NCBI RefSeq assembly: GCF_026930045.1
Contig: NC_072731.1
Span: forward strand, 137,946,156 to 138,010,155
Source of the DNA: Uloborus diversus
Taxonomy: Eukaryota
Direction of reading: 5' to 3'
Length of the DNA: 64,000 nucleotides
Part shown: positions 1-12,916 of the stretch, piece after piece
How the letters are laid out: the number at the start of each line of letters is the position of its first letter
How positions within the stretch are numbered: the first letter of the stretch is position 1
Translations under genes and position numbers: made by a program
The notes under the pieces: model-generated
Told to the model about the DNA's origin: nothing
Databases searched by the model: none
Seen by the model: only the letters and a program-made list of their open reading frames with translations

Positions 1-1029
1 CCTCGCCGCGGCAAAACCTTTTGGGGGGAAAAAAAATCGCCGGTCGATGTTTTTTTTACTTTCTTCTACATCTAATATATAGAAGAAAGTATTGGATTCG
101 TGCAAATTTTCGAATTTAGAGTTTTGACGGATTTGAACGTTTTGAGGTGTGCTGAGTCCATTTCGACCCACTTTTGGAAAATGTCTGTCTGTGTGTGTCA
201 CGTATGTGTGTGACCAGGTTTTTGTGGCCGCTCTGCAGCAAAAACTACCGCATGAAATCGAACGAAACTTGGTACACATACGTGAATTTGTGCCATTGAT
301 TTTTCGCGCGAATTCCTCCAAGGGGGGTGGAGCAATGGGACGTTTCTTGAGTTATGCGTACTTGCTATTCCTCAAAAAGTAACTGGCGGAATCAAACAAA
401 ATTTGGTCCATATATTGTCCCTAACAGGTACAGGTGCTGATTCAATTTTGGTGTCAATAGCTCAAACGGAGGTTGAGCTATAGTACTTTTTTTATCGTCA
501 ATTGTGACTGCTGTATCTCAAGAAATAATGGACGGAATCAAACAAAAATTTATCGACAAAGTAGCCCTTAAGGGTATAAGAGCTGAATCTATTTTGGCGA
601 CAACAGCTGAAAAGAGAGTGGCGCAACCGAACGTACTTTTTTTTTTCCATTGTGAGTGCCGTATCTCAAGAAGTAATGCTACATTTTGGAAGAAATTTGG
701 AATAAATGCGAATCCATATGTAAATAGGCGTTGGAAAAAGTTTAATTAGGATGGGCTAGATGGTTTTTGCTACTTCTGGAGGCGGCTCAGTAATGGTCTG
801 ATCAAAGTTTCGCAACGGACGGAAACTATACCAATATTTTTTTGTGCAAGGCAGAATGAATTCTGTGAGTATGTTGATGTATAACGTGTTTAAAACATTT
901 TTTCTGGAAGTTTGTGGCGGAACACCAATCGGTCCACGGACTAGTTTGCGAAGCCCTGCTTTACATAATCACAAAGGCGGATCCTACTTCTGATTTTGGA
1001 GAGGGTAATAAGCGTCAAATTTAAGAGTA

Positions 1030-2470
1030 CAAAACGCAACTTTTAGGCTATCTTTGGTCACGTACAAAAGCAAGGCCTAATCACCGCACAGGCCGGCTGG
1101 GCCTGGGGCCTCATCTTCCTAAGAGTTCCCGAGAGATCGTGTTCTTTTAAGAAAATAATAAAAAGGTATTTTATTGATCGGAAAAAAAACCTATTTTGAA
1201 ACTTATGATTATATTCAATAACCAAATTAAATTCTCAAGAAAATACATTACATTTTTATACTTAACAGTATTTTCCTTATTTAGTTGGTTTTATATGAGA
1301 AGAGAGCTTTATTTTTTGAGAATTTCATGCCAAGTTACGTATAGTCACTCCACCCCTCCCCCTGCCCATAAATAAAAGTATTTGTGAGAGGTGGGGGGGG
1401 GGGGGTCTCCTCTATTTGAGCTATTCAAGTATTAAGTTATAAAAACGGATATAAAAAACAATGGTGATGTTAGGCCGATGCTGCGTCGTATGCGGAGCAG
1501 TGAGATGATGCGGAGGCTAGAAAAAGGCGAAACCCCCAAAGTACACCACACCAACTCGCAGCAGGCGACTAGTGGAGCATTATAATGAACTACTATATAC
1601 TGCCAAAATATAAAAAGCGCATTAACTTTGGTCTCGAGAATTATAAAGATCTCTGAAACTGTTCAACACCAAGAAATTCATCATTTTCAGTGGCGGCTAC
1701 TGGGATTTAAAACTGCAGGGGTACACAATTTTTGGAAACTGAATACTTGATTTTCGGCTATCTTTGGGACTTCGGGTGACTTAGGAGGGGGGGGGGGGGG
1801 CTTCGGAGACTCTCTTCAGGAAATTCTTCGAAGATGTACTCTTAAAAGAAGCTTTTGGGCTGTATTTCGTAAAGTAAAGATTGGGATATGCTCTTCCTGA
1901 AAAAAAAAAGTATCCAAACTGGTATCTTAAAAACGCTAATTCAGGTCATCTTCAGCAAACTTAGAGCAAGGAATTCTGGGATTCTCTTCCGAAAATTTTG
2001 CGAAACCTAAAAACCCAATTTTAGTTTCTTTGGTGATTTCCGAGAAAAATTCAGAGAGTAACCCATTCCCCCCCCCCTGAAATGGAGTCTTTCTTGGAGT
2101 AACTTTAAAATTGGAGAACTTTGTAAATCTTTGCTGGTGAACGGCGAAGGGGATTGATTCACTTCCTAAAAAATATTCTAAAATTGGGGATCTTTATAAA
2201 ACAAATTTAGGTCATCTTTGAGGTTGGGGGAAGGAGAGAGTGTGTTTGGGGGTTCTTCCCGAGATATTTTTTGAAATTGAAGTCTTAAAATTACAATTTT
2301 AAGCTATCTTGGGCGACGTTAGGGTTTTTGTTATCTTCACTAATTGTTTCGAAATTAAAATTTTAAAAGTGATTAGGCGATCTATGATGATGAAAAAAGG
2401 GCGAGTCGGTCCCCCCCCCCCTTCTTCCGAGTCGCCGCGACTGGTCATTAAGGGATTTTCCTATGTATGT
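1030..2470. repeat. degenerate tandem array (units about 150-270 bp)
   Basis: A recurring unit has TTTTAGG(C/T)(C/T)ATCTT(T)GG, then a G-run (GGGGGGGGGGGGGG), then TTCTTCC and GAGA. Copies sit near 1040, 1750, 1940 and 2210. Confidence 0.4.
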
Positions 2471-4789
2471 AACAGAACTAGAGAGGTAGCTAGGAGGGAT
2501 GTGTGTGATATATCCCTTCCCAACACTAATAGTTTTTCCTTTAAAAAAAATAATAAATAAATCTCAAGACTATTTCAAAACGCTTGGTTCGTGCTCAAAA
2601 TAATGAAACAAAATAAGTACATAATTTCTTGATTACAACACTCAAAGATTGCAGTTGATCTTAATGTCTTTATATTAATAATAAAGGAAAGCATTAAATA
2701 AGGGAAAGGCTATGCAGAGTAGTTTCATTAGATCTGTCAGGCTGATAGGCATCTTGAGATAAATAGAGGAATAGTGCTTTCAACACAGTCTTCCTAATTA
2801 GTTAGTTCATTAATTGGTTCTAAAGTAGCCTTTGAGAAGAAAGAAGTGAGACAAATAGGTCTGAAGGATTTGTCCACATATTATCTTTGCCAACTTGTGG
2901 GATGAAGATAACCTTAGTCGGCCTCTAGGTACTCGGAACATTCTCTAAAAAGCCTGCAAAGTATATGGGAGCAAAAACTTTTATTCCCTTCAGATTCCAG
3001 AAGATGGGCAGGAACTTGGATATCCACACCAGGAGTTTTGAATGAGTTGATTGCCCAAATACCCCGCTCACAGGCAACAATTCTTTTAGCAGTCCTACTT
3101 GCTGCTAGCACACCCGCCTGTTAGTATGGTAATCAACAAGAATGGGCCATCAATGACACTAGAATCTGGGAAGTGCACCTTGATCATATTTGCAAAAGTA
3201 TCTGCTAGATTCCGAAAAGCTGCCACTTGAAAGGTTGATGAAATTTAAGCCACTGTTTCTGTCCTTGGAATAAATAAAACATCAAGTTCAAACTTGTGCA
3301 AACTTGGAAACTACAGGACCAATATCTTGGAGATTTTCAGTTTGTCCAGGTTACTGCTGAGAAAGTTTACACACCATTTCAAAAAAAAAAAAAAAATCGA
3401 TGAACAGTTCTTTTTTTTTATTCGAAATTTAAATTTTTTTGACCCAAAAATGCTGAAGTCTCTGCTGGATTCTTAAAAGCTGTTTCTGTCCTTGGTCGTG
3501 AATTTCATGATTCTTGCTGTAGAAGAAATAAATAATTAATCTTACTACAGAACTGCCTCTAGGGGTAATTTTTTTTTCATGTCCCTATCACAGCTGGTGA
3601 GGGCAATTTTGTAAGTTTTTAGAAATGATTAACTTTAACTATAAACAAATTTCCCGTTCCTGGGTTTTCCATGCAGTACCTAAGAATATTAAGATGCTTC
3701 TTTGACACTAAGAATATACGTTTTATATTCTTTATGGCATATTAATATCAATTAATGTACATATAGTTACAAAAATTGATAATCAGATGACACAATGAAA
3801 AAAACATTCCGACTTGTTTCACTTTTTAAATATTCTGGTTCAAAACTAACTTCATGTTGTACAATATTCACATTATGTGGACAACTTCAGCTCCATGTTT
3901 AGTTTACACTGTCATCTTAACTAAAAATTCAAAATATAGATTATGGATTTCTGAAGTATAACTTCTTGCATGTATATGAGTCTTATTTTTTTTATAGGAG
4001 AAAGAAAAAAAAAGATCAATTATTTTTTAGAATTTTGTAAAAATGAAGAAGTTGGTTTTTATGTTCATGCACAATTATTAAATGAATACATGACAATATT
4101 TAATGCAACAATATTTGCTTTATTAATGTGCAAAATAGTAAAAAATGACAAAATTTCTAAATTGCTATAATTTTTAAACAAATAATAATACTATACATAT
4201 TCTAAGCAGAACATCAACAAAAAAGGAAATCACAAACATAATTACTTCAAATATAGATGTAAATATATTTTCTTCTTATATCACTTTCTTGAGACCTAGA
4301 TAGGTCAATGACATTTTGACTCATCTTGGAATCGATCAAATAATTAATGCCCTTTTAATTCAATAAAACTTATGTTAGAATCTTCAAGCACAATTCAACC
4401 TTTCTTTCCAGAACTACTGAATCTTAATACATGATGAAACTTTTTTGCCTAGTATCTGCTTTTAATTCATATAAACACTGTTGATATTTTTTAGTTCAAT
4501 TATCTTTTTATCATAGCTATTCTATGAGTTGAAAGAATCAAAGCTTCCTTTTTTTTTCTTTTTTTTTTTTGCAGTTAGAACTAAGCATAACACAAAGTAG
4601 ACAAAACGAGCTGATATGTGCATCACATGACTTCCTTTTACGCCAATTTAATAATAATAGTACCTTGGAGTAAGCAAAGAAACTTTAAATATTTTTAACT
4701 CAAGTTTGTTGCGAACTGAAGCAAAAAAAAAAAAAGAAAAAACGTTTTATACAGATTAATTTTTCCAATGTTGGTCATTTTAATGTGAT

Positions 4790-5340
4790 TCAATGGTTAA
4801 CTCTCTAATTGTCACCAATAGTGGCCAAAATAAAACCAGATTTAAAAATTAAAAACGCCAAGTGGGCGAAAAAACTTGGTGACCAAAAGTTTGGCGATGT
4901 ATTGCCAAGTGTTTGACAAATTATTACACCACTTGAGTTTGCATTGAAATTAACAATGATTTCCCCCCCCCCCAAAAGTGCAAAAGACCCCCTTAGGAAC
5001 ATCCAAATGCAACCAATAAGGGAGGTGCACAACTAGACTTCACTAGGAGTCTACATACCAAATTTCAACTTTCTAGGACATACCGTTTTTGAGTTATGTG
5101 AGACACACATACACATATGCACATACATACTTATATACATATGGACCTCACGAGAAAACTCATTGTAATTAACTCGGGGATTGTCAAAATGAATATTTCT
5201 GGTGTCTATATGTCTTTAAGCATACATCCACATGTGGTCCGGTTGAAAAAAAAAAAACTCATATTAATTCGGGGGTGAGTGAAATGGAAATAAAGCCCAG
5301 TTTTTGAGTGAAAATTTTTTCCCGAATACAATACTTACTT
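4790..5340. repeat. about 520-bp dispersed/tandem repeat family, solo copy
   Basis: Shares roughly 80% identity over its length with the two tandem units at 34190-35275. Common segments include GTTTGCATTGAAATTAACAATGATTTCCCCCC and AATACAATACTT(A/C)CTTTA...AAAAGGAAGTAA, which ends in a hairpin. Confidence 0.7.
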
Positions 5341-6979
5341 TATTATGTAAAAGGAAGTAATAAAAGCATATTTAATAAAAAAAAATAAAATTGACTTTGT
5401 AAAATAACAGAAACAGTTAAAATGTTTTACATTCATTTTGAAGGAAAAAATAGAAAAAACAAAAAAAACCCCAAGATTTTCAAACACAAGAGAAAGCAAA
5501 CCTAAATATATTGCTCGTGTATGGGTCAATCTCACAGGATGCTACAATTGCAAAATTTGATACCTCAAAAACATATTGGGGAAAGCTCTATTTAAACAGG
5601 GCCATAAGTGAACATGGTATGTTTTACTAAAATAACATAATTAGAAGTTAAAAAATCTTGACAAAGTCTCAAGTGATGATATAGTACCAGTCCCACCTCT
5701 CTTTGTAAAACTTTTAGAGCGATGAATCATTTTGTGCATCTGTGGTCACAGGTTTAGCAGGTGTGGTAATTTTATCACCGACTTCTATAAATGGAAATAG
5801 TTTAAACTAACTAATAAGCTAAACTTAACTGTTGCAAATCATTATACGAACATTCGGATAAGTTGATGACTATATTCAATTCAAATTTCTTAATTTCTGC
5901 AAATTGGTCCAAAGGCAAATTAGTCCTGATGAGGCACTTGGTGAAAACACAGCACCAGGAAATTATTTTATTTACTATTTTATTACTATTTTATTCTTAG
6001 TTACATAACAGCTAAAAATAAATAGAGAAAAATAGTGGACACATATTTTGAAGGACAGTATTTTGTAATATTATCTGAGAATGACTCATATGCATACACA
6101 CACTTCTGTCAAAAAACCAAAGTCAAAAAGCGTTAGAAAAAAATACCAGTTGTTTAGTTAGAGAAAAAAAACCAAACTGATCAGCTGTGCATGCAAGTAA
6201 TTCACATTTAGTTTCAATGACAAATTTTCAACTGTGTACAGAAAACACTAAACTATTAGCAGATATCTTTTTTAAAGGGGACAATTTCATTTTTACTATA
6301 TGAATAATTTTTGAAATGTTTTGCTTATGCAACAGCAGATTACTCACAAAGGCAGCATAAACATCCCTCAAGGTGATGTCTAGGGCCAATGAGAATTCCA
6401 ATTCGTGTCTGGAGATTGAAGTAAATGCAATCAAAATTTGATTTTAATATTAAGTAGATATTCAGCCAAACCTAAAAATGCTTTGATGCCAAATATTTTA
6501 CAAAGTGTGGGAAATATATTCATTTTAATGCAACAATTTAAGATTTTATAGCACACTAAGAGTGGTTCTACCTAGAGATCAACATCACTTTCCCAATGAT
6601 AATAACTGTACGAGCCTCGGGTATTCAAATTGGCTTTCATAACTGTTTGTCTTAACACAGAACTATTTTGATGACTATACCAACATTAATATATAGTTTT
6701 CAGACACACATACACAAGTATAACAATGAAGCATTTCAGTGGACCACTTAATGGAATGCCCCTCGCCCAACTTATGCTATGCTCCATTTGTCATGAATAA
6801 AATATAAAACACTCTCGAATTAAAAACATGTTTTCACTTTCCCTGAGTTGATAGAGATCAGTCATTTTGCTCCACTTTATCAGCCCTAGTAACAGGAATG
6901 TACTAAAAACATACCCTCCACATCGAACACTTAATATTAATTACATATTTTGACTGACACAACATAAACATCATCCACA

Positions 6980-6985
<6 letters not shown>

Positions 6986-7031
<46 letters not shown>
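6986..7031. repeat. poly(A) tract of about 46 nt
   Basis: Seen directly. It may be the tail of a retroposed element upstream. Confidence 0.9.
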
Positions 7032-7036
<5 letters not shown>

Positions 7037-7164
7037 TACAAATACGGATGTCATAAAATTTCAAGTCCTTTTAGTTTTGGTATTTCCTAACTATTTTAAA
7101 TATTTAATATTTTGAATTTGATTAATTTCAATAGCAACCGTAAAAATTCAATAGCAGTTGGAGG

Positions 7165-7443
7165 GTATGGATACAAGAGCGCCCATATAGGGGAGCATGG
7201 GGGGCTCAACCCCCCCCCCCAGAAATAAGAACTTCCTTGCTTTTAGCGCTTTTTTCTTTGTAAAAACGCATAAAAATTTCTTTTCAAGCCATTAATGCAT
7301 AAGTTATTAAAAATGTCACGGTTTAACATCTCTAATCTATACTGAAATCGGTTTCCACAGGGAAAATATTCTGCTAAACCATGGGGAAAATTTTTGAGCC
7401 CCCCTCTTAAAATTTTGTACATGGGCGCCCTTTGTATGGATAC
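7165..7443. mobile_element. MITE family copy A (about 280 bp)
   Basis: Ends GTATGGATACAAGAGCGCCCATATAGGGG...GGGGGGCTCAA and TTGAGCCCCCCTCTTAAAATTTTGTACATGGGCGCCCTTTGTATGGATAC form inverted repeats. A related copy lies at 33222-33472. Confidence 0.45.
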
Positions 7444-8322
7444 AAAAAAAAATCATGCACATCAATTCTTATTTTACAGCACTTTTCATGGGTTGCACAG
7501 AAATAATAGTGTCACAAAGAGCACCTATATGGATGTTGGATTTAAAATTTAAAAAAATGCCAACAACCACTGCACTAAACTTCAAAAATACTTTCTCTCT
7601 TATCACTTAGCAAATCAATAATACTTCTTAGGCACAACTGGCTTTCAATAGGAACTCATTTATTAAACTCAACCAATAACGTTTAGTTTTTCTAGAAAAG
7701 AAGAATATTTTTCAAATTAAAAAATATACCATTTTTTATTGCTTAATAAATTATGTATTTGGAAATCTCATTTAGAAATATTTTTTAAGCATAAACAGTT
7801 CGACATTTTTAAAATTTATATTATCATTTTGGTAATTAACTAAGAGTAATGTTCAGGCTTTTTACAAGCTATAATAATATAAACTGAAGTAAAATTTAAA
7901 ACTGCACACTTATATATAATTCACATATTGATTGCATATTTCGTAAAATTATTCTGAAGCACAAGTTTAAATTTAACTTAATAGACAACATTAAAAATCA
8001 TGAAAAATATTGAGACAGTTTAAACATACATAAAGGCATCTTAACTAAACATTTGATAACATTTGAACAAAACAAAATAATTTCTATTACTATCAGAAAT
8101 ATTAGTAATAATAAAAAAGAGCATTATCTAAGATTCATAAAATCGTTTAATAGAAATTACTTTTTAGCTCTAAGTTCTGTGTTTCATAAATATATTTTTA
8201 AAACCAATATTCTTTAAACTTTTAATAAAAGCATTAATCACATTGAGAAATACATTGTTATTGGTTTGTAAACACACATTCATGCAATTCATTCATTCCT
8301 TTAAAACAAAAACAAAACTACA

Positions 8323-8710
8323 TGAAATACACCGCCAGCTCAGTCATTTCCAGCCGAGGACTGCAGTTTCGTGCTTATTAGCACTCATCAGCCCGGCATA
8401 GGAAAGTGACTGAGCTGGAGATGGAAAACCTCTTAAGGAAGCCAAGAGTGCAAAACAAACTGGTAGCTAATATGGAATTAGCAGACCATATGCCTTGCGT
8501 TCAATCTTCGAGTTGAACCGAACCATTGCTTCGGTCACTCGTCTGGTCTGCTAATTCCATATTAGCTACCAGTTTATTTCGCACTCTTGGCTTCCTTAAG
8601 AGGTTTTCCATCTCCAGCTCAGTCACTTTCCTATGCCGGGCTGATGAGTGCTAATAAGCACGAAACTGCAGTCCTCGGCTGGAAATGACTGAGCTGGCGG
8701 TGTATTTCAC
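8323..8710. repeat. long near-perfect palindrome (arms about 170 bp, loop about 45 bp)
   Basis: Positions 8331-8500 are the reverse complement of 8541-8710. Three 60-nt blocks checked by hand are identical, with a few mismatches only next to the loop. Each arm also holds a smaller hairpin (CCAGCTCAGTCATTTCC and GGAAAGTGACTGAGCTGG). Confidence 0.85.
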
Positions 8711-10592
8711 GTATTTCTGCTTTAGCCCTGGCTAATGGGCGGTAATTTACTGAAAATACAAAACTACTTTCAAAGCAAAAAGTGGCACCCAAGACAAGCA
8801 ACAATATTTAAAACAGCATTGCAAATTTAACAAGTAATAAATTGTATATTTAACAAGCCTACTCTATTTATACCATAAAAGACACTTCTAACCCGATGCA
8901 ACATTTGTAAACATTTATGCTAGAAAAATTATCTACAATAGAAGCAAGTCTTTTTAATGTCTTTCAAAAACATTTAAAATGTCATGATTCAGAAAGAAGT
9001 TTCACCTAAAGCTACATTTGGCATAGCTTATTAAACATACATAGTTTTCAGAGCACACCAAGAAACTTTTTTGTGCTGTTTCATTTTAGCAAAAGTATGA
9101 TGAATGCAAAATGCTGAATTTTATATTTAGCATTGACTCAATTAAAAGTATTAGCTGTACTTGTAAACACAATGCATAAAAAATATCACACATAAAAAAT
9201 AAGTAAATAGTTTTTATTTCTAATAGACATTTGTTCTGGGTATTAGTTCCCCCTAGCACAGGGAATTCCAAAATATATTTTGGGAGAAGGAAGGAGGGGG
9301 ACAGCTTTTTTTTGACTCAACCTTCAAAAGTTTTGGATTCACAAAGTTGAGTCAAATAGATTTCAAGGACTTGATTTAAAAGCACTTTGCAATAAAATTT
9401 TAAAACTAATTCTTTGGCATTGAACACACTTTTTCATATTATACAAGATTTGTTGATAAAATTTCAAGTCATTAGAACACGATGCATAAAGCATTCATAA
9501 AATAAGAGCTGTTTTTCATGAAACTTGCTGCAATACAGCTACTATCTGCTGAAATAAATGCATTTTTGTAATTAGGATTATGACCTTAGTTTCAAATGCA
9601 ATTAAAAAAACTAAAAATTTCCTTTTTCTTCTTAGGTCCCAAATCATTAGTTTGATCCCGTACTAGCATTTACACAATGCACACTTTTGGAATGTAATTA
9701 GTAATGGGTGACATAGAAATGGTTGTCTTTTACTAATGATGGTAGTACATTTAACTGACAAGCTCGAGAATCTAATACTGAGCTTATTGCTATGCAAAAC
9801 AATAAAGCTCTAAAAAAAAAGCACCATAATTTTTTTAGCTGGTTGCAATGCTAGTGATCATGAGTCATACTTTAAAAAAATACAGCATAGTTACAAATAG
9901 AACATTTTCTACTTGCTTGAGATTTGAAGTACTTGGTACACAATCTCAAAAATTAAATTCAAATCCAAGTTCAAATAAATTTTTACCTTACACTGTTTAA
10001 AACAATTAGCAGGCTACATTTATGCTCGAAGTCTCTTTACTATATATTTTAATATATATATATATTGCATAAAATTCTCTTATCAATACTTTTCACAACG
10101 AGAAAAAGATTGATAAGATAAAATTACTAATAAAAGAGCTTTTTATTAATAAACCTTTAACAATTATTTTCCACCACAGAGAAACTTTAAAATTAAATAA
10201 GAATGATCAACTTTCAGTTACAGCAATTTACAGTTGAGTTCTGTAAATTTATAAGCATTTCTAGAAATAAGAACAATTAAAGAAATTCAAATAAAATAAC
10301 CACTTTTCTTAATGAGAGGTTGAAAATCATTTTCCAAAATATCTGTATGTTTATAAAGCTTAAAATTTAACAAAAACGATGAAATTTTTAAATACAAAAA
10401 TACAATACTCTCATATTGTTTGTGCTAAATTTATACTGTAGCGCCATTAGTGTCTTGAAATTTTCATCAAAGCTTCAAAATTACTTTCTAAAAGGAAGAG
10501 CAATGAAAATTATAAGTACAAAAAGCAACCTGCTTAAAACTATATATTTTGCACTTAATGAAAGGTAATTTGAGCAGTACTGAAATCATCTG

Positions 10593-10751
10593 TTACATAT
10601 CAGAAACACTATCAGTACGCTGCTTCTTTGAAAGAGAACCAGACATCATGGCTTGCCCTAAAAATCCTTGTGCAGTGTTGAAAAGATTAATTGGAGTATT
10701 GCCATCAGTAATGAGTGCAGACTGAATACCCAATCCTTGAAGCAATTTTAC
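10593..10751 (-). CDS. MVP: MVP terminal coding exon 14 (includes TAA stop at 10593-10595)
   Basis: Acceptor ttttttag. Reads [52 protein letters not shown] then stop. Human has [32 protein letters not shown]. Confidence 0.9.
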   Translation of the reverse strand, partial: VKLLQGLGIQSALITDGNTPINLFNTAQGFLGQAMMSGSLSKKQRTDSVSDM

Positions 10752-11224
10752 CTAAAAAAGAGGTTCCAGTACTTTAGTTTAAAGATAGAATTAGTTTTTA
10801 ATGCAACTTTAATTAACTTGCGCTTGAAACGATTTTTATGAGTTAGTATCAGTTGAACAGTTTGAAAGATTGGCAAATAAGAGCAGAAGGCTTCTCTAAA
10901 ACGCACAAGTAATCAGACATTTTTATGATTTACGAAATTTAAGTAATGATTTCCCATCTCTGGTGGGGAAGTTATAAAATTTTAAACTTTTAATTAAGAA
11001 TTTATCATCTGCTGTTACCACTGGCTGATTATTAAGTGGTTCTTGGCTTGTTTAAATCATTCATATGAGCCATTTGTTTTGAAAGTGGGGCAAGTTCATT
11101 GGAGCAAGATAATGGTAATTATAGATAACACTTAGTATGATCCTTTTATATGCAACAATTTAAAAGCAAATAAATAAATTTTCATCCTAAGTTGAAGCTT
11201 TAGCTCTTCTGTACTAATAATAAA

Positions 11225-11842
11225 GCTGAAAGTCTCTCTGTCTCGATCTCTGTGACGGGCATAGGGCCTAGACCGTTCAGCCGATTTTCATGAAATTGGG
11301 CACAAAGTTAGGTTGCAGTATGGAAGTGTGCACATCGAAGCGATTTTTCAAAAATTCGATTTTGTTCTTTTTCTATTCCAATTTTAAGAACATTTTCCCA
11401 AGCAAAATTATCATAAGATGGACGAGTAAATTGCCACGTTATCATAATGTGGAACCGTAACATGAGCAAGCCATTTGGCAAGAAATTCACCATATCTTAT
11501 TTGTAAATATACAGGCAAACCAAAAGACCTTTTAATTTTCTGCTACGGGCAAAGCCGTGCGGGTACCACTAGTTACTAATAAAATTGATGACTGAAATGT
11601 CTTACTTCTAATATCTCGCAATGACAAAAAATGAATGTCTCACTTTCAAAATTAGGGCTGCCGAGAGCCAAGATAAGTTCCTTGTCAATATGTTTCCCGG
11701 TACCCCCCTCCCCCCATACACCTTTAAAATTTCAGCTGCTCTGATTTTGAGTTGGGCACTCCCAAAGAACGGGTCCCTAGTTTTCGAGGAAGCTGACATG
11801 ACCTCTCATCAGCCCCTGTTCAAAAAAAAAAAAAAAAAAACG
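11225..11842 (+). mobile_element. candidate A-tailed retroposon (SINE-like)
   Basis: A unique about 600-bp segment ends in a pure A20 tract at 11822-11841. A second A-rich tract lies at 11886-11930. There is no coding similarity, so this is weak. Confidence 0.25.
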
Positions 11843-12727
11843 CTCATATATAGTTAAAGGAATTTATACTAGATTACACCATTCAAAAAAAAAAAAAAAA
11901 AAGAAAGAAAGAAAAAAAAATCCACCTCACTATGTGACTGACTGATAGACTCTGAACAACCGAAGCAAAATTGTAGTAAAAAACAATTTATATAAATAGC
12001 ACATTGACAATGTAAATAAAAGTTTAAATCAAATAAATGAGCTTGAATAGTTAAGATCAGTGAAAAAATTATTTCTATATTTCTGACATACTACAAAGTG
12101 AAAAAGCGTGTAAGAAAAATATGGATCAGCACAGAGATATTCAGATTTATAGAGAGTTTTGAATAACTTAATTTATTAGCAAAAAACTAAACAATATATT
12201 ACATATGCTTCAATTGCTAAGACTTGACAGCAACAACTAATCTTTGACTATTCTGAGCCATCCTGTTACCACAGCAGTAGTAGGAAACAATATTTAGTGC
12301 TCATTGAATTTGAAGAAATACTTAAATTCAATCCCAGTCAGATATGTATAGCCATTTTAAATTCTTATCAAAACTTTCTTACTCATACACCACAAGAATA
12401 AAAAAGTCCATGTAGTGAATCTTTTCTAACCATTAATACATTCAATCACTTTAGTATATACCCATGCAAGAAAATTTAAAATGAACTAGACTTAGAGCAA
12501 ACTAGTATTAAAGGAATTGCAGAACATACAATGTCATCCAGGTTATCCAACTTAAAATAAACAAGGAAAAAAAAAAGATTATTCAAATTACACCATGAAA
12601 TAAAGAAAATATCACCAAGCATATATTTAAATAAGAGAAAAACAGCATTAATTGCACTTTAAAGGATCGAGTTATTGTCTATAATGAAATGTATAACATA
12701 ATTTCTTAATAGACAAAAAATGCTTAC

Positions 12728-12916
12728 TTGAAAATCTTGACCAGCTGCAGCTACCGACTTAATAGTATCAGTACCTAAGCTTTGAATCAGACTTGTGCAT
12801 TTCTTAATTTCAATCTCTGCCAGTTGCTGAGACTTTGCAATTTCAAGTTCATTTTTCTTTGAAAGGTAGTCTAACTCTGCAGTACGTGCTTTTTGCAATC
12901 TTTCCAATTCCATTTC
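12728..12916 (-). CDS. MVP: MVP coding exon 13
   Basis: Acceptor cctttcag, donor GTAAGC. Reads EMELERLQKARTAELDYLSKKNELEIAKSQQLAEIEIKKCTSLIQSLGTDTIKSVAAAGQDFQ. Human has [63 protein letters not shown]. Confidence 0.9.

Noticed and set aside
2914-3111. 65-aa minus-strand ORF (MLAASRTAKRIVACERGIW...)
   Set aside because: It vaguely resembles a retroelement, but no diagnostic reverse transcriptase or integrase motif could be identified by eye. Left uncalled.
10140-10150. MVP poly(A) signal (AATAAA on the minus strand at about 10142-10147, about 450 nt after the stop)
   Set aside because: Several AATAAA/ATTAAA-like motifs occur in this AT-rich 3' flank and I cannot pick the used one without transcript data.
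11621-11857. 78-aa ORF ending in KKKKKK
   Set aside because: The lysine tail is translation of a poly(A) tract. It is part of the candidate retroposon, not a gene.
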